Assembly: GCA_951406725.2 (NCBI GenBank)
Contig: OX597829.1
Span: 49,228,001 to 49,292,000, forward strand
Source of the DNA: Octopus vulgaris
Lineage: Eukaryota
Length of the DNA: 64,000 bases
Direction: 5' to 3'
The notes beneath the pieces are model-generated. The model saw nothing but the letters and a program-made list of their open reading frames with translations, had not been told where the DNA came from and searched no databases. Shown here in pieces: positions 12,071 to 25,233 of the stretch. A program made the translations under genes and the position numbers. Every line of letters starts with the position of its first letter. Position 1 is the stretch's first letter.

Positions 12071-13163
12071 TATTCCATTAAAGTAAACTGGCATGAGATA
12101 AGATAGAAATGAAGATCGTATGAAGATTTCGACTTTTGAAGATTTTCCATATTCTATTATGACTATGCCACTAACACTGAATTAGTTGATCCACAGCACT
12201 AACCCAGAAAGAGTGAACCTAGACTCTAATACAAGAAAGCATTCTTGCATCAAATATGGCCCATTGCCACTATAATACGACACTATCTTAAAAAACAAAA
12301 TAAATAGAAAAAGCTGTTCAGGGAACACTTCCAAATTGGACGAGAAAATATAATGTGTCTTGTGAGTTATGTATGTTTCTTTAGATATAGATATATGCAT
12401 ATATATATATATATATATATACAGGCATAATTTATATATATATAAATTTGTATGTATGTATAATTACATATAAATACACACCTACACGCCACGCACCTAT
12501 CATGTTTATGAACAAAATGGACGATTTGTGTATAACATGAGAAGGAACTTCTAAGAGATGTAAAAAAATAGAAAGTAAAATTAAAGAAAAGAAATAAATA
12601 AAAATGAAAAAAAAAACCAAAACGAAATGTAAAAACCAGCAACTTCCATTTTCACTTTGCTATTTGCAAGATTTCTCCTCGAAATTATAGCTTTGAAATT
12701 TTACCGAATTTTGTGTAGGCCCATCTTCTTTCTGTCTTTTATGCTGATTACATTTTCTTATCTTTTTTTTTTTTCTGTTGTATTTTGAAGTTATCAAAGT
12801 CTTGGTCTTTCTTCTCACAGTGTCTGCTTCGACATACTTGCTTCATAGTGATTTTTATTGATTAAAAAATCTGTTTCTTTACATATGTGTATGCGCGTGC
12901 ATGCCTGTTTTTCACACACACACACACGCATGCATGCACGCACACACACATACACGCATGCATGCACACACATGTATATATTTGGTTTTTGTATGTGGTT
13001 TGCAAATATGAGTTTAACTGTGGTCCTTCCATAGCACTTACATGGCCTTACCTGCCACGTTGGATCTTTTGGATATCATTACCTTTCATATATATGTGCG
13101 TGAGTGTTTGTGTGTGTGTGTGCATGTTTCGTGTGTGAGGGTAATTCATGTAAATTGGTTGTT

Positions 13164-13233
13164 TCAGTCTGACGAGTCGCTTATATAACTAAGTGCATTA
13201 TAGGCACGAAACCAAGAGTCACTCTGTGACCGA
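13164..13233 (+). ncRNA. Degenerate type-I hammerhead-like motif
   Basis: tcagt-CTGACGA(13169)...ac-GAAAC(13208)-caagagtcactct-GT-G-accga. The cleavage position reads G, so it is probably inactive. Confidence 0.35.
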
Positions 13234-13424
13234 CCATAACAAATAACCATACTACTTCAATGTTATATAGTGTACCTTGTTTTGTAAATAAATGAACTGT
13301 GATATACACACACACACACACATATATATATATATGTATATTTATATACATATATATTCATATATATATGTATATTTATATACATATATATTCATATATA
13401 TATGTATATTTATATACATATATA

Positions 13425-13457
<33 letters not shown>

Positions 13458-13459
<2 letters not shown>

Positions 13460-13690
13460 TCATCATCATCATCATCATCATCATCGTTTAACGTCCGCTT
13501 TCCGCGCTAGCACGGGTTGGACGGTTCGACCGGGTCTGGGAAGCCAGGGGCCGCTCCAGGCTCCAGTCTGAATCTGGCAGAGTTTCTACGGCTGGATGCC
13601 CTTCCTAACGCCAACCACTCCGTGAGTGGATTGGGTGCTTTTTACGTGCCACCTGCACAGGGGCCGGAGGGTCCGGCATCGTCACGATCG
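13458..13690 (-). mobile_element. Family C RTE-type LINE 3' end
   Basis: (CAT)n followed by the family C terminus. Confidence 0.8.
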
Positions 13691-14141
13691 TGTATATATA
13701 TATGTGTGTGTATATGTATATATATATATGTATATATATATATATGTATATATATATGTATATATATATATATATATACACATATATATATATACATACA
13801 CATGCTCGCATGTAAAATACAATATACACAAATATAGATACATACATATGGATGTAAATATATCCATATACGTATTCACACATATACGTATATGTATATT
13901 CGTGCGTATGCTTGTACATATATGCATAACAGAACACTTCAATTAATTGTACAGGATATGCTGTTAGTTAGTTTTTTTTCTTGCTTGAAACGTTTTACAT
14001 CTTTTACTTTTTTTATGGAACTTACTTGCTATATATCCAGAAACAGCAAACTAAACTATCTTACAAACATTAATAATTAACTGGTGTCTACCTATATGCA
14101 AAATATACAAACCAACTGCTCTTGTATCTCATATTTTCTAT

Positions 14142-14516
14142 GTGGAAGCACTCCGTCAGTTACGGCGATGAGGGTTCTGGTTGACTCGATCAAGAGAACA
14201 GCCTGCTCGTGAAATTAACGTGTAAGTGGCTGAGCACTCCACAGACACGTGCACCCTTAATGTAATATTCAGCGTGACACAGAGAGTGACAAGGCCGGCC
14301 CTTTGAAATACAGGTACAACAGAAACAGGAAGTAAGAGTGAGAGAAAGTTGTGGTGAAAGAGTACAGCAGGGATCACAACCATCCCCTGCCGGAGCCTCG
14401 TGGAGCTTTAGGTGTTTTCGCTCAATAAACACTCACAACGCCCGGTCTAGGAATCGAAACCGCGATCCTACGACCGCGAGTCCGCTGCCATAACCACTGG
14501 GCCATTGCGCCTCCAC
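14142..14516 (-). mobile_element. tRNA-Arg-like SINE (family D), full length with TSD
   Basis: Head GGAGGCGCAATGGCCCAGTGGTTA..GGACTCGCGGTC..GGTTTCGATTCC. TSD CATATTTTCTAT at 14130-14141 and 14517-14528. Confidence 0.85.
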
Positions 14517-14674
14517 CATATTTTCTATACATCGACAAATACATACACAAAATATGTTGTCTACACAATCACTCACACACACATACACATGTATACAAGA
14601 TACACATTATCTACACATGTACGCAAGTAATATAGACAATCTGAAATACATTTATGTCAAAAAGGCATTCGTTT

Positions 14675-15005
14675 ATTCTTTTACTTGTTTCAGTCATTTG
14701 ACTGTGGCCATGCTGGGGTACCATCTTTTAGTCAGGCAAACCGATCCCAGGTCTTATTCTTTGTGAGCCTAGTACTTATTCTATTGGTCTCTTTTTGCCG
14801 AAACGCTAAGTTACGGGGACGTAAACATACCAGCATCGGATGTCAAGCAATGTTTGTGGGGAGAGGGGGCGACAAACACACACATACACACATATATATA
14901 TATACATATATACAACAGGCTTCTTTCAGTTTCCGTCTACCAAATCCACTCACAAGGCTTTGGTCAGCCCGAGGCTATAGTAGAAGAGAGTTGCCCAAGG
15001 TGCCA
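14675..15005 (-). mobile_element. SINE family A, 5'-truncated
   Basis: Similarity to other family A copies. Confidence 0.8.
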
Positions 15006-16732
15006 ATATATGTGCACACATATATGATAGTTACAGAAATGCAAATATTCACACACAAGTTTGCAGGCATATACTAAATGCAAGTACATTCACCAACAGA
15101 CTTACACAAAAATATACACACCCATGCAGTGATTAACACTGTTATGCAAGCACACAAACACATGCACACCAAGATATACAGACAACTACATACACCACAC
15201 ATACAATCATAGCAGCAGTGGTGGTGGCAGCGATGGCAATAACAACAACAACTACCATGATGACAACACCATGGGCAAATACTCAAACACAGAGGGATAC
15301 AAGAACTGTACCAAATTTTTGGGTCTTAGGACAGTAGCAGTGCAGTGGGGTGAGAGGATGGAGCTGAGGGGAAGGCCATACTGCTCATGATTCTCTTAAA
15401 GGCAGGAACTTTTCACCATACAGGATGTGCATATAATATATATATATATATGTATTGTATGTATAGTGTGTGTATGTATATGTGTATATATATATGTGTG
15501 TATATATATATAGTGTGCATGTATGCATGTATATGGTGGTTGTCTACTTCCTATGCAAAGTTTGATTATCTCATTTACCTACACTTTAAAACCATAATGG
15601 CATCTGATGTGACTTTTTAAACCAGAGAATGTTTTGAAAAGACACCCACATAGATTGCATATCTGCTTTGGACCACCAAGAGCTGCCGCTAAGTTCTGAT
15701 CTTTCTAGATCTTAAAATGTCTTTTGGGGCCTCTGTTAGATTTGCAACCCTGCTAGCATACATTCAGTACCTAAATATATATATATATATAACTGTATAA
15801 TAATATATCATAACGATATATATTCTCCAATTTGAAGTGACAATTTTTAAATACAAACAAATGACAGGAAAAATTATGAATTAATCCTAGCCAGAATTGA
15901 ACCCACAAATCAACGCTAGCATGGCTTCTTGCAGATCTGATTGGGCCAAATGCCCACCCATCAATATATACTTAAACTGTCTAATGTTACATATAAACAA
16001 ACCAGAAAAGCTTTGTAAGTTACAGATTGAAAACTACTACGGAAGACTCATAGTAAATAAAATGTATATATGGAATTGTATGTTTGAATATCTGTGTATG
16101 AAAGAATTTGTGCTAAGTTGGTGTGAGTGAGTGAAATTTCCTCATACTTCTTTGAGTAACCTTCGGTGGAAGCAGCTGCAGTAGAGCATATTCAGGTACT
16201 TTTAAGACACCAATAAAATGAATCTTAAACACCTTTAAGTACAGTGATATTCATCTCAAACAAGATGGTGGTTTAGAGAAATGGAGAAAATAATTACAGA
16301 CTAATGTTTCATGAAAATCCTGAAGCAATTTGAAGCTGTGTTTCAACAGGATAATATTTGTCACTACAATTTCTATTGCAACAAATTCTATGTTCTTAGC
16401 TCGAAAATTATAGTGCTGTACCAGAGATTAATTGGTATGAAGTGAACCGCCAGCATTGGCAATATGAAGAAAGTGGGAAATTTACCAAAAAAATAAATAA
16501 ATGAATGAATGAATGAAATAAGTATAAGAAAACATTAATATCACTAAAATGGTTATGGAAAATTTTACAACAGATTTAGTTTCTTGTCTTTATAGCTTTT
16601 AAAACACTCAAATTTACAAGTCTTGCAGAAAGTACATCAATAAAGATAGATATATTCACCTACCTATCATCACTGCCTGTGTTTCCCTCTCAAGACACAC
16701 ACACATTCATTCATATTCATATAGCATAATAC

Positions 16733-17400
16733 ATTATTTACATTTGACGAATATTTGTCCTCATCTTGTTTGTTGTTAACATGTTTCGGCTGATATACCC
16801 TCCAGCTTTCATCAGGTGTCTTGGGGAAATTTCAAACCTGGGTTCTCATTCCTAAGGTATTTTTCAATATTATTACTATTATTATTATTATTATTCTTAT
16901 TCAGTAGTTTTATTTTTATAGCGTGCTTTCACTTCACTACCGAGCGCAGCTCTGTGTGCCTTGGGTATGTGCTGTGATTTGTTGTGATGCTCTGATGGTT
17001 ATTGTATGGAAAGTGTTCTGCGTAGGATGTGTGCAGTGCCTAGTAGCGTAATTTTCTGTATGTTATATGTGTTTGTAAGTCCTGGTGTTTTTGTTATGTA
17101 TTTGTCTGAATATTTTTTTATCATGCCTAATGCACCTACTATGATAGGAATTGTTTCTGTTTTCAGATTCTACATTCTAGTTACCTCTATTTCCAGGTCT
17201 TTGTATAGGTCACTGTCTGGAATCAAACTCGGAATCTTGGGGTTAAGTAGCCCGCGCTCTTAACCACTATGCTATATGCCTGATGAAGGCTGGAGGGTAT
17301 ATCAGCTGAAACATTGTGTGAATAACAAGATGAGGACAAATATTCGTCAAATGTAAATAATGTACATAATTCCTCATATCTTGAATATAAAAATGTAATA
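16733..17400 (-). mobile_element. tRNA-headed element with hammerhead-like tail and Penelope-type inverted 3' copy
   Basis: Minus strand: tRNA-like head 17279-17207, (AAT)n, tail with CTGATGA..GAAAC. Inverted tail copy plus extension at 17280-17400. TSD AGCATAATAC at 16723-16732 and 17402-17411. Confidence 0.7.
16902..17206 (-). mobile_element. R4/Dong-clade non-LTR retrotransposon 3' end inserted at (AAT)n
   Basis: Translates YKDLEIEVTRM*NLKTETIPIIVGALGMIKK...NIQKITLLGTAHILRRTLSIQ*, matching the R4/Dong C-terminus. The 3' end abuts AAT repeats. Confidence 0.8.
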
Positions 17401-17687
17401 CAGCATAATACTTATAATGTTCATTTTATCATGCTTGTATGGGTTGGACAGAATTTGTTAAGATCTATGGCTGGATGCCCTTCCTTTCACCAATCTTTGT
17501 CTCTTTCCAACTAAAGTAATGTTTCCTCATGGCTGGACATGTTTTTGCAGAGGATTGGAAATGAAGAACATTACTTCTACTGACATCGACAGTTGCTTAC
17601 AACTGATACATAGCATCAAGACAGGGAGAGACTAACACACACACACACACACACACATTTGTTGGGCTGTTTTTAGTTATTGTTATC

Positions 17688-18064
17688 TTGCTTACAAACC
17701 ACATGGTTCCGGGTTCAGCCCCACTGTGTGGTACCTTGGGCAAGTGTCTTCTACTATAGCCTCGGGCTGACCAAAGCCTTGTGAGTGGATTTGGTAAACA
17801 GAAACTGAAAGAAGCCCATCGTATATATGTGTGTGTGTATGTGTGTGTGTGTGTATATATGTTTGTGTGTCTGTGTTTGCCCCCCTAACATCGTTTGACA
17901 ACCGATGCAGATGTGTTTACATCCCAGTACCTTAATGGTTCGGCAAAAGAGACCGATAGAACAAGTACTGGGCTTACCAAGAATAAGTACTGGGGTTGAT
18001 TTGCTCGACTAAAGGCAGTGCTCCAGCATGGCCACAATCAAATGACTGAAACAAGTAAAAGAGT
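17688..18064 (+). mobile_element. SINE family A
   Basis: Similarity to other family A copies. Confidence 0.8.
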
Positions 18065-18401
18065 ATCCAAACCCTTCCAGAGGGTTTTGGTCAGTCTGAA
18101 GAAATAGCAGAAGATACTAATCCAAGGTGCTACACAGTGGGGCTGAACCAGAACCTACATTATTCTCTGGGTCCTTCACTTTTTATGATGCAGTGATATA
18201 TATATAATGGTGCATTTATGCGTGCATTCATGTGTGTGTGTGTCTGTACACATTTGTGAGTGTGCCTCTATCTATCTATCAGCTTGCCTGCCTGCCTGCC
18301 CAACCATCCATCCATCCATCGATCTATCTATCTCTGTCTATTTATTTCTCTGTCTATTTATTTCTCTGTCTATCTATTTCTCTGCCTATCTACCTATCTA
18401 T

Positions 18402-18820
18402 TTCTTATTTCTTTATTGCCCACAAGGGGCTAAACATAGAGGGGAAAAACAAGGACAGACAAGAGGATTAAGTCGATTGCATCGACCCCAGTGCGTAACT
18501 GGTACTTAATTTATCGACCCTGAAAAGATGAAAGGCAAAGTCGACCTCGGCGGAATTTGAACTCAGAACGTAACAGCAGAAGAAATACCTATTTCTTTAT
18601 TACCCACAAGGGGCTAAACATAGAGGGAACAAACAAGGACAGACATAGGTATTAAGTCGATTACATCGACCCCAGTGCGTAACTGGTACTTAATTTATCA
18701 ACCCCAAAAGGATGAAAGGTAAAGTCGACTTTGGCGGAATTTGAACTCAGAACGTAATGGCAGACGAAATACCGCAAAGCATTTCACTTGGCGTGCTAAC
18801 GTTTCTGCCAGCTCGTTGCC
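18402..18820 (-). mobile_element. SINE family B, internally dimeric
   Basis: Two central domains with junction AAAGAAATA|GGTATTTC near 18590. Confidence 0.8.
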
Positions 18821-19008
18821 TTATCTATCTATTTATCTATCTATCTGTCTGTCTGTCTGTCTATCTACATGTACATTTATCTCTCTATAGTCTCTCTCTC
18901 TCTCTCTCCCTCCTTCCCTCCCTCTGCACATATCTTTTATTTGCTTCAGGCCAACCAAAGCCTTGTGAGTGGATTTTGTAGATGGAAACTGAAAAGATGC
19001 CCATCATG

Positions 19009-19056
<48 letters not shown>

Positions 19057-19759
19057 TGTATGTATGTATGTATGTATGTAGACAGGTAGGTAGGTAGGTA
19101 GGTAGGTAAGTAGATAGATAGATAGATCATACACACATGCTCACAGATATATATATATATATGTATATTTAATGTATTTATTGGTACTGTCATTATTTTA
19201 AATTTCTTTTTCTCTAGCTGACTTCATTTAGAAGAATTTATCAAATGGCAAGCTGCCATTTTCTCACTCTTCTTGTATGAAGGCCATAATTATCAACTGA
19301 GATCTTAACAACTTGTGCTCACATTTGCTTCTACCACTGCGCTTTCTACTGTAGCGCCCTCTTCATCTTGGTAATGACACTTATTCATCTTTCATGGAAT
19401 GTCACTTACACATATCCTAAGTCTACAAGTGATGTTGTAATCTCACATATACAAATTAGCAATTACTTTTGCTAACCAAAATGCCTTGTGGGGTGTTTTT
19501 CTCTATCATTTATAATTGAGGCGCCAAGGCCTGGCCATTTACTCTTTTATTCCGGTCATTTGACTGCAGCCATGCTGGAGCACTATATTGAAGGGTTTTT
19601 AGTCAAACAAGTTAGCCCCAGGACTTTTTTTAAGACTAGTACTTATTCTGTCAGCTTTTGTTTGTTGAACTACTAAATTCACACCAACTTCAGTAGTCAA
19701 ATGATGATGGTGGGGACAAATGATTTATAAGCCCTAAAATTCACTCCATAATTGTCCAT

Positions 19760-20006
19760 GCGCATATGGTGTTGTGGCTAAGAGTATGGGCTACTAACCC
19801 CAAGATTCCATGTTTGATTCCAGGCAGTGACCTGAGTAATAATAATAATAATGATAATAACATTGAAGAATACCTTAGGAATGAGAACCCAGATTCAAAA
19901 TTTCCCCAAGACACCTAATGAAGGCTGGAGAGTATATCAGCTGAAACATTGTGTTAACAATAAACAAGATGAGGACAAATATCCGTCAAATGTAAATAAT
20001 GTAAAT
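19760..20006 (+). mobile_element. tRNA-headed element with hammerhead-like tail (uninterrupted copy)
   Basis: tRNA-like head 19762-19833, (AAT)n, then acac-CTAATGA-aggctg..cagct-GAAACATT-gtgt. Same family as 16733-17400. Confidence 0.7.
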
Positions 20007-20097
20007 TATATATTATCAAGAACTCTACTTTTTTCTATTGAGGGATTATATGCCCAATATTAAACTATTTTCATTAGTCATTGCATGGTGATCACTT

Positions 20098-20390
20098 CAT
20101 CATCATCATCATCATTTAGCGTCTGTTTTACGCGCTAGCACGGGTTGGACAGTTCGACCGGGGTCTGGGAAGCCAGGAGGCTGCACCAGGCTCCAGTCTG
20201 ATCTGGCAGAGTTTCTACAGCTTGATGCCCTTCCTAACACCAACCACTCCGCGAGTGTAGTGGGTGTCTTTTTACGTGCCACCTGCACAGGTGCCAGGGG
20301 GGTCCGGCATCGTCCACGATCGGTTGGAGCTTTTAACGTGCCACCGGCACGGAAGCCAGCAAAGGCGGTGCTGGCAACGGCCAACGATGA
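20098..20390 (-). mobile_element. Family C RTE-type LINE 3' end
   Basis: Similarity to other family C copies. Confidence 0.8.
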
Positions 20391-20625
20391 AAGGGCTCGT
20401 CCGGAAGCTTTAAACTTATGGAATATTATTATTGCTATTATTATTATATATGTACATATATATAATAAGCTTCTTTCAGTTTCCATCTACTAAATCCACT
20501 GAGAAGGCTTTGGTCAGCCTGAGGCTATAGTAGAAGACACATGACTAAGGTGCCATGCAGTAGGAGTGAACCTGGAACTGTGTGGTGGGGAAGCAAGCTT
20601 CTTACCACATGTTTAAGCTACATGT

Positions 20626-21119
20626 TCATATTTTTTTTCTAGAAATCATAACAGAAGTCTTTTGAATTATTTGAAAATCCACCCAATTACTCTGGGGCTG
20701 GAAAAACAGATTTGTCTTTAAATATTTCTGTTTATATATCTTTTTGGCAATAATCGATTGTATTATATTTGCATTGTATGGAAATGATGAATAGCCATTT
20801 GCATTGCCACATTGGGAATTAGAGGAAGGAAGTGTTGTGTGCCACTGTGGTGGTGGCAGGGGCCTCACTTATATAAACAAAGATTCTTCCTAATTATTTT
20901 CAAATATATAAAAAAAAAAAAATCAGAAACTTTAGAACAATATAAAAAAAATGCAGTAAAACATGGAAAAAAGCTAAAAAATATATAGCTTCAGGCTAAA
21001 TACTTACAATTGCAGAATGGTGCCAAGAACAAAGGAATGATAATGATAACATTAATTTGAACCAAAAAAATAGAACTGAACATCGATGAGAATACAGACA
21101 ACAGCAGCAGCAGCAACAT
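20626..21119 (-). CDS. Speculative two-exon small ORF with a hydrophobic N-terminus
   Basis: Exon 21119-21008 MLLLLLLSVFSSMFSSIFLVQINVIIIIPLFLAPFCN, then GTAAGT. AG acceptor before 20867 continues in phase LRPLPPPQWHTT...KKI*. No homology recognised. Confidence 0.2.
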
Positions 21120-22407
21120 ACCATTTTTTGTTGCAGATGTTGTGAAACAAAAGGAGAAACTTGCCTTGAGCCAACTCGAGGAAAAACTGCAGGAATCGAT
21201 GTGTTGCAAAAACAAAAAAGATTGAAGGTATTCTTTGTTCAAAGTTATAGCCAGGAAATGGTAAAGGTGTTCTTTATTCAAAGTTTTAGTCAGGAAATGG
21301 TAAAGAGGAACATGAAAGACTTCTGTTTTTCAAACAATGTGGAAAGTTTCTATATGACATCATAGGAAGCATTAGCAGAAGAACCCTGGCCTATATGTCA
21401 CAGGTAGTTTTCACCCTTACATGAGGCAAAGAATATAGAAATTTTGTGCCTGAAATCTGAGGGACTGTAGAGTTGAAAACAGCATAAAGAAGGAAAGGAG
21501 TTAAATTTTCATTCCAGAATATGAGGAAGCCAATACAAGTGAGAGCTATTGACAGCTGAACCTGACTTGTTAATTAATAAGTCAGGTGATATAATAATTA
21601 TTATACAAAAAGGTATGGCTAAGTAATTTGGAGACATAATTTCAGCTTCAATCCTTTGATATGGCCCAAGGTTGTCTTTGCTTTTCATTCTTTCGGGGTC
21701 ACTCGGTATTTCATCTGTCTTTACATTCTGAGTTCAAATTTCATCAAGGTCGACTTTGCCTTTCATCCTTTTTGGGGTTACTAAATTAAGTACCACTTGT
21801 GTACTGGGGTCGATCTGATCGACTAGCTTCTTCTCCCCAAGTTTTGGGCCTTGTGCCTAGAGTAAAAAAGAATCCTTTGATATGGCATTTAGGCAAATGT
21901 TTTCTAAAATAGCTTCAGATGAACAAATGCTTCATGAATGAATTTGGTACACGAAAACTGCACAAAAGCCAAGCATGATGTGTGGGCGTTCATGCATGTG
22001 TGCATGTCTGTGTGTGTCTCTAACTGCTTGTCAAATTGTGTTGGCTTGTTTACCTATCCACAACTTAGTGGTTTGGCAACAAGAACCCAGAATATGTCAA
22101 AGAATAAGCACTACGTTTAAAATAAGAGCAGATAATTTGATTGATGAAGGCCTTCAGTCAAAAGACTGTAACCAGTAAAAAAGCATAAAAATGACAGGAA
22201 TGATGGATTGTCACCACTGTCATTTTCATCACCATTTTTTTACATCAGTTTTGCCATGTTGGTATCAGTTCAACAGGTCTGTTCAATCTAAGCATTGCCC
22301 TATTTGTTTTGATTTGACTCATTAACCCTCTTAGATCTGGGTCTGTGTCAAATGTTATGCTACATATGGGCTCCTGAGCCAAAAAAAAAAAAAAAAAAAA
22401 AAATTAT

Positions 22408-22812
22408 AGGCATAGGAGTGGCTGTGTGGTAAGTAGCTTGTTTACCAACCACATGGTTCCAGGTTCAGTCCCACTGCGTGGCACTTTGGGCAAGTGTCTT
22501 CTACTATAGCCTCGGGCCGACCAAAGGCTTGTAAGTGGATTTGGTAGACGGAAACTGAAAGAAGCCCATCATATATATGTATATATATGTGTGTATGTAT
22601 ATGTTTGTGTGTCTGTGTTTGTCCCCACCCCCCAACATCGCCTGACAACCAATGCTGGTGCGTTTACGTCACCGTAACTTAGCGGTTCAGCAAAAGAGCC
22701 TGATAGAATAAATATTAGGCTTCCAAAGAATAAGTCCTGGGGTCGATTTGCTCAACTAAAGGCGGTGCTCCAGCATGGCCACAGTCAAATGACTGAAACA
22801 AGTAAAAGAGTA
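22408..22812 (+). mobile_element. SINE family A, full length
   Basis: Similarity to other family A copies. Confidence 0.85.
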
Positions 22813-23028
22813 AAACGGTTGTATACACAGCTCAAGAGCAACAATTGCAGGCAAATTAATGGACAGAATAACAAAATAATTCAGGAGAATAACAATAATA
22901 GGCTTATCTCTCAACTACCATATTTGTTAGGCAAACTAATGGACAGAATCAGCTACATCTTTTTTCTACGACTGTTGTTTGTTATAGCTTTACCAGGAAT
23001 CCAGCTAGATGGTATTTCACTTATTTCT

Positions 23029-23429
23029 GGTGGCGAGCTGGCAGAAATGTTAGCACACCGGGCGATATACCTAGCGGTATTTCATCAGCCGCCACATTCT
23101 GATTTCAAATTCCGCCGAGGTCGACTTTGCCTTTCATCCTTTCGAGGTCAATTAAATAAGTACCAGTTACGCACTGGGGTCAGTATAATCGACTTAACCC
23201 GTTTGTCCCCTCTGTGTGTAGCCCCTTGTGGGTAGTAAAGAAATAGGTATTTCGTCAGCCGCTACGTTCTGAGTTCAAATTCCGCCGAGGTCGATTTTGC
23301 CTTTCATCCTTTTGGGGTCGATTAAATAAGTACCAGTTACGCACTGGGGTCAGTATAATCGACTTAACACATTTGTCTGTCCTTGTTTGTCCTCTCTGTG
23401 TTTAACCCCTTGTGGGTAGTAAAGAAATA
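23029..23429 (+). mobile_element. SINE family B, internally dimeric, with TSD
   Basis: Junction AAATA|GGTATTTC at 23246. 19-bp TSD (1 mismatch) at 23011-23029 and 23430-23448. Confidence 0.8.
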
Positions 23430-24469
23430 GGTATTTCACATATTTCTGCTATAATGGGAATTTAGCACGACAGAGTTAACACCTCCTTCCTGGAGTCCTG
23501 TAGCCTGAAATCAGCCTCCACCTTCCCTATTTCTTCCCACAACTTTTTTTTTTAGTCTTCCTCTTGGCTATGTCCCTTCCACTTGAATCATTTCGGCCTT
23601 TTCCACTCATCTGCCATCCTTCATACATATCATGCTGACAGCAACGACCATCAATTCATATGCTTATTTTACTGATTGTGAAAAACCGCATCAGCCAACA
23701 GGTAATTAAATTATTGGTATTATCTTAATCAGGACTAAACACTGAAACTAAACAACATTGACGATTGTGTCAAGAAGATATTCTAAGTGTCAACAAAGGA
23801 ATTCTAAAGTATCTGAAAAGAAATTCTGAAGTGTGAAATAAAAAAAAAAAAAAAGAAATTTCTATTGAATTTCTAATTTAAACAAATAAAAAAAATAGCT
23901 TTCACAACATTTTTCAAATAAATCAGACTATGCATATGTGTGGGTGGATACATATGTGTATGTGGTATATATACATATATGTGTATGTGTGTGTGTATAC
24001 ATATATATATACACACACACCCATTTAATTTTTAAAATATATTTATATACATACATATATATATATATATAAATATATTTTTAAAATTAAAATTTAGGGT
24101 ATCTCAGAGATACCACCACGCTGGAAATAGCAGCCAAAACCTGACTCTAAAATCACATTAAATGTTCATACAGCACCATATATTTGTATATTTATATATT
24201 GTTGCTATTATGTTAAACTGTCGTACATCCAAATTTGGCCAAATGCATTTTTGTCAAAATTTATTAAGTGTTTATCCTGAAGCTCTATATTTTCGGGTTC
24301 TTTTGGTCAAACTATCGTATCTCCAGCTGCTTCAGATGCCAAGATATCAAAAACTGTCAAAGTGTAGTACAATAGTTTTACTATGGAATGGTGAAACTAT
24401 TTTATCGTTTACTGAAAAAGCAACACTTTGGACTTACGACACTTTTGTATAATAGCAATAATATATATC

Positions 24470-24507
24470 TAGATAGATAGATAGATAGAGAGGTAGAAAG
24501 GTAGATT

Positions 24508-24564
<57 letters not shown>

Positions 24565-24814
24565 GTAGGTAGGTAGGTAGGTAGGTAGATAGATAGATAG
24601 GTAGGTAGGTAGGTAGGTAGGTAGGTAGGTAGATAGATAGGTAGATAGATAGATAGATAGATAGATAGACAGATAGACAGATAGGCAGATAGATAGACAG
24701 ATAGACATAGGTAGATAGATAGACAGATAGACATAGGTAGATAGATAGACAGATAGGTAGATAGACAGATAGATAGATAGATAAATAGACAGATAGATAG
24801 ATAGATAAATAGAC

Positions 24815-24858
<44 letters not shown>
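24470..24858. repeat. (GATA/GGTA/GACA)n microsatellite
   Basis: Direct reading. Confidence 0.95.
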
Positions 24859-25233
24859 CATCATCATTGTTTAATGTCTGCCTTCCATGCTAGCATGGGT
24901 GTGTGTATATGTATATATATATATATATATATATCCTCATGTATCTATATACATAAGTATTTATATTATATAGATAGATAGACTAACAGATGTGTGTTAA
25001 AAATATACATAAAGGTATGTACATATAAGAAACCATCAGTGAAAAGATACAAGCATTAAATGTTTAAATAAACCACAGAATTTCTCTGTAAATCATGCAA
25101 TTCATTAAAAAAAGGGGTGAAAAAAGGAACAGATTTTATGATTTATGTTTCTTTGATTAAGAAGCAAAAATTAAAAATTCTAAATTGTTTTGTTAAAATG
25201 ACTCTGTTGTTTCTATATAATTATATCTTAGTA

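Noticed and set aside
12182-12310. Minus-strand polypyrimidine/AG followed by a 34-codon frame (possible terminal exon)
   Set aside because: No recognisable homology or linked upstream exon. Such sites are common in AT-rich DNA.
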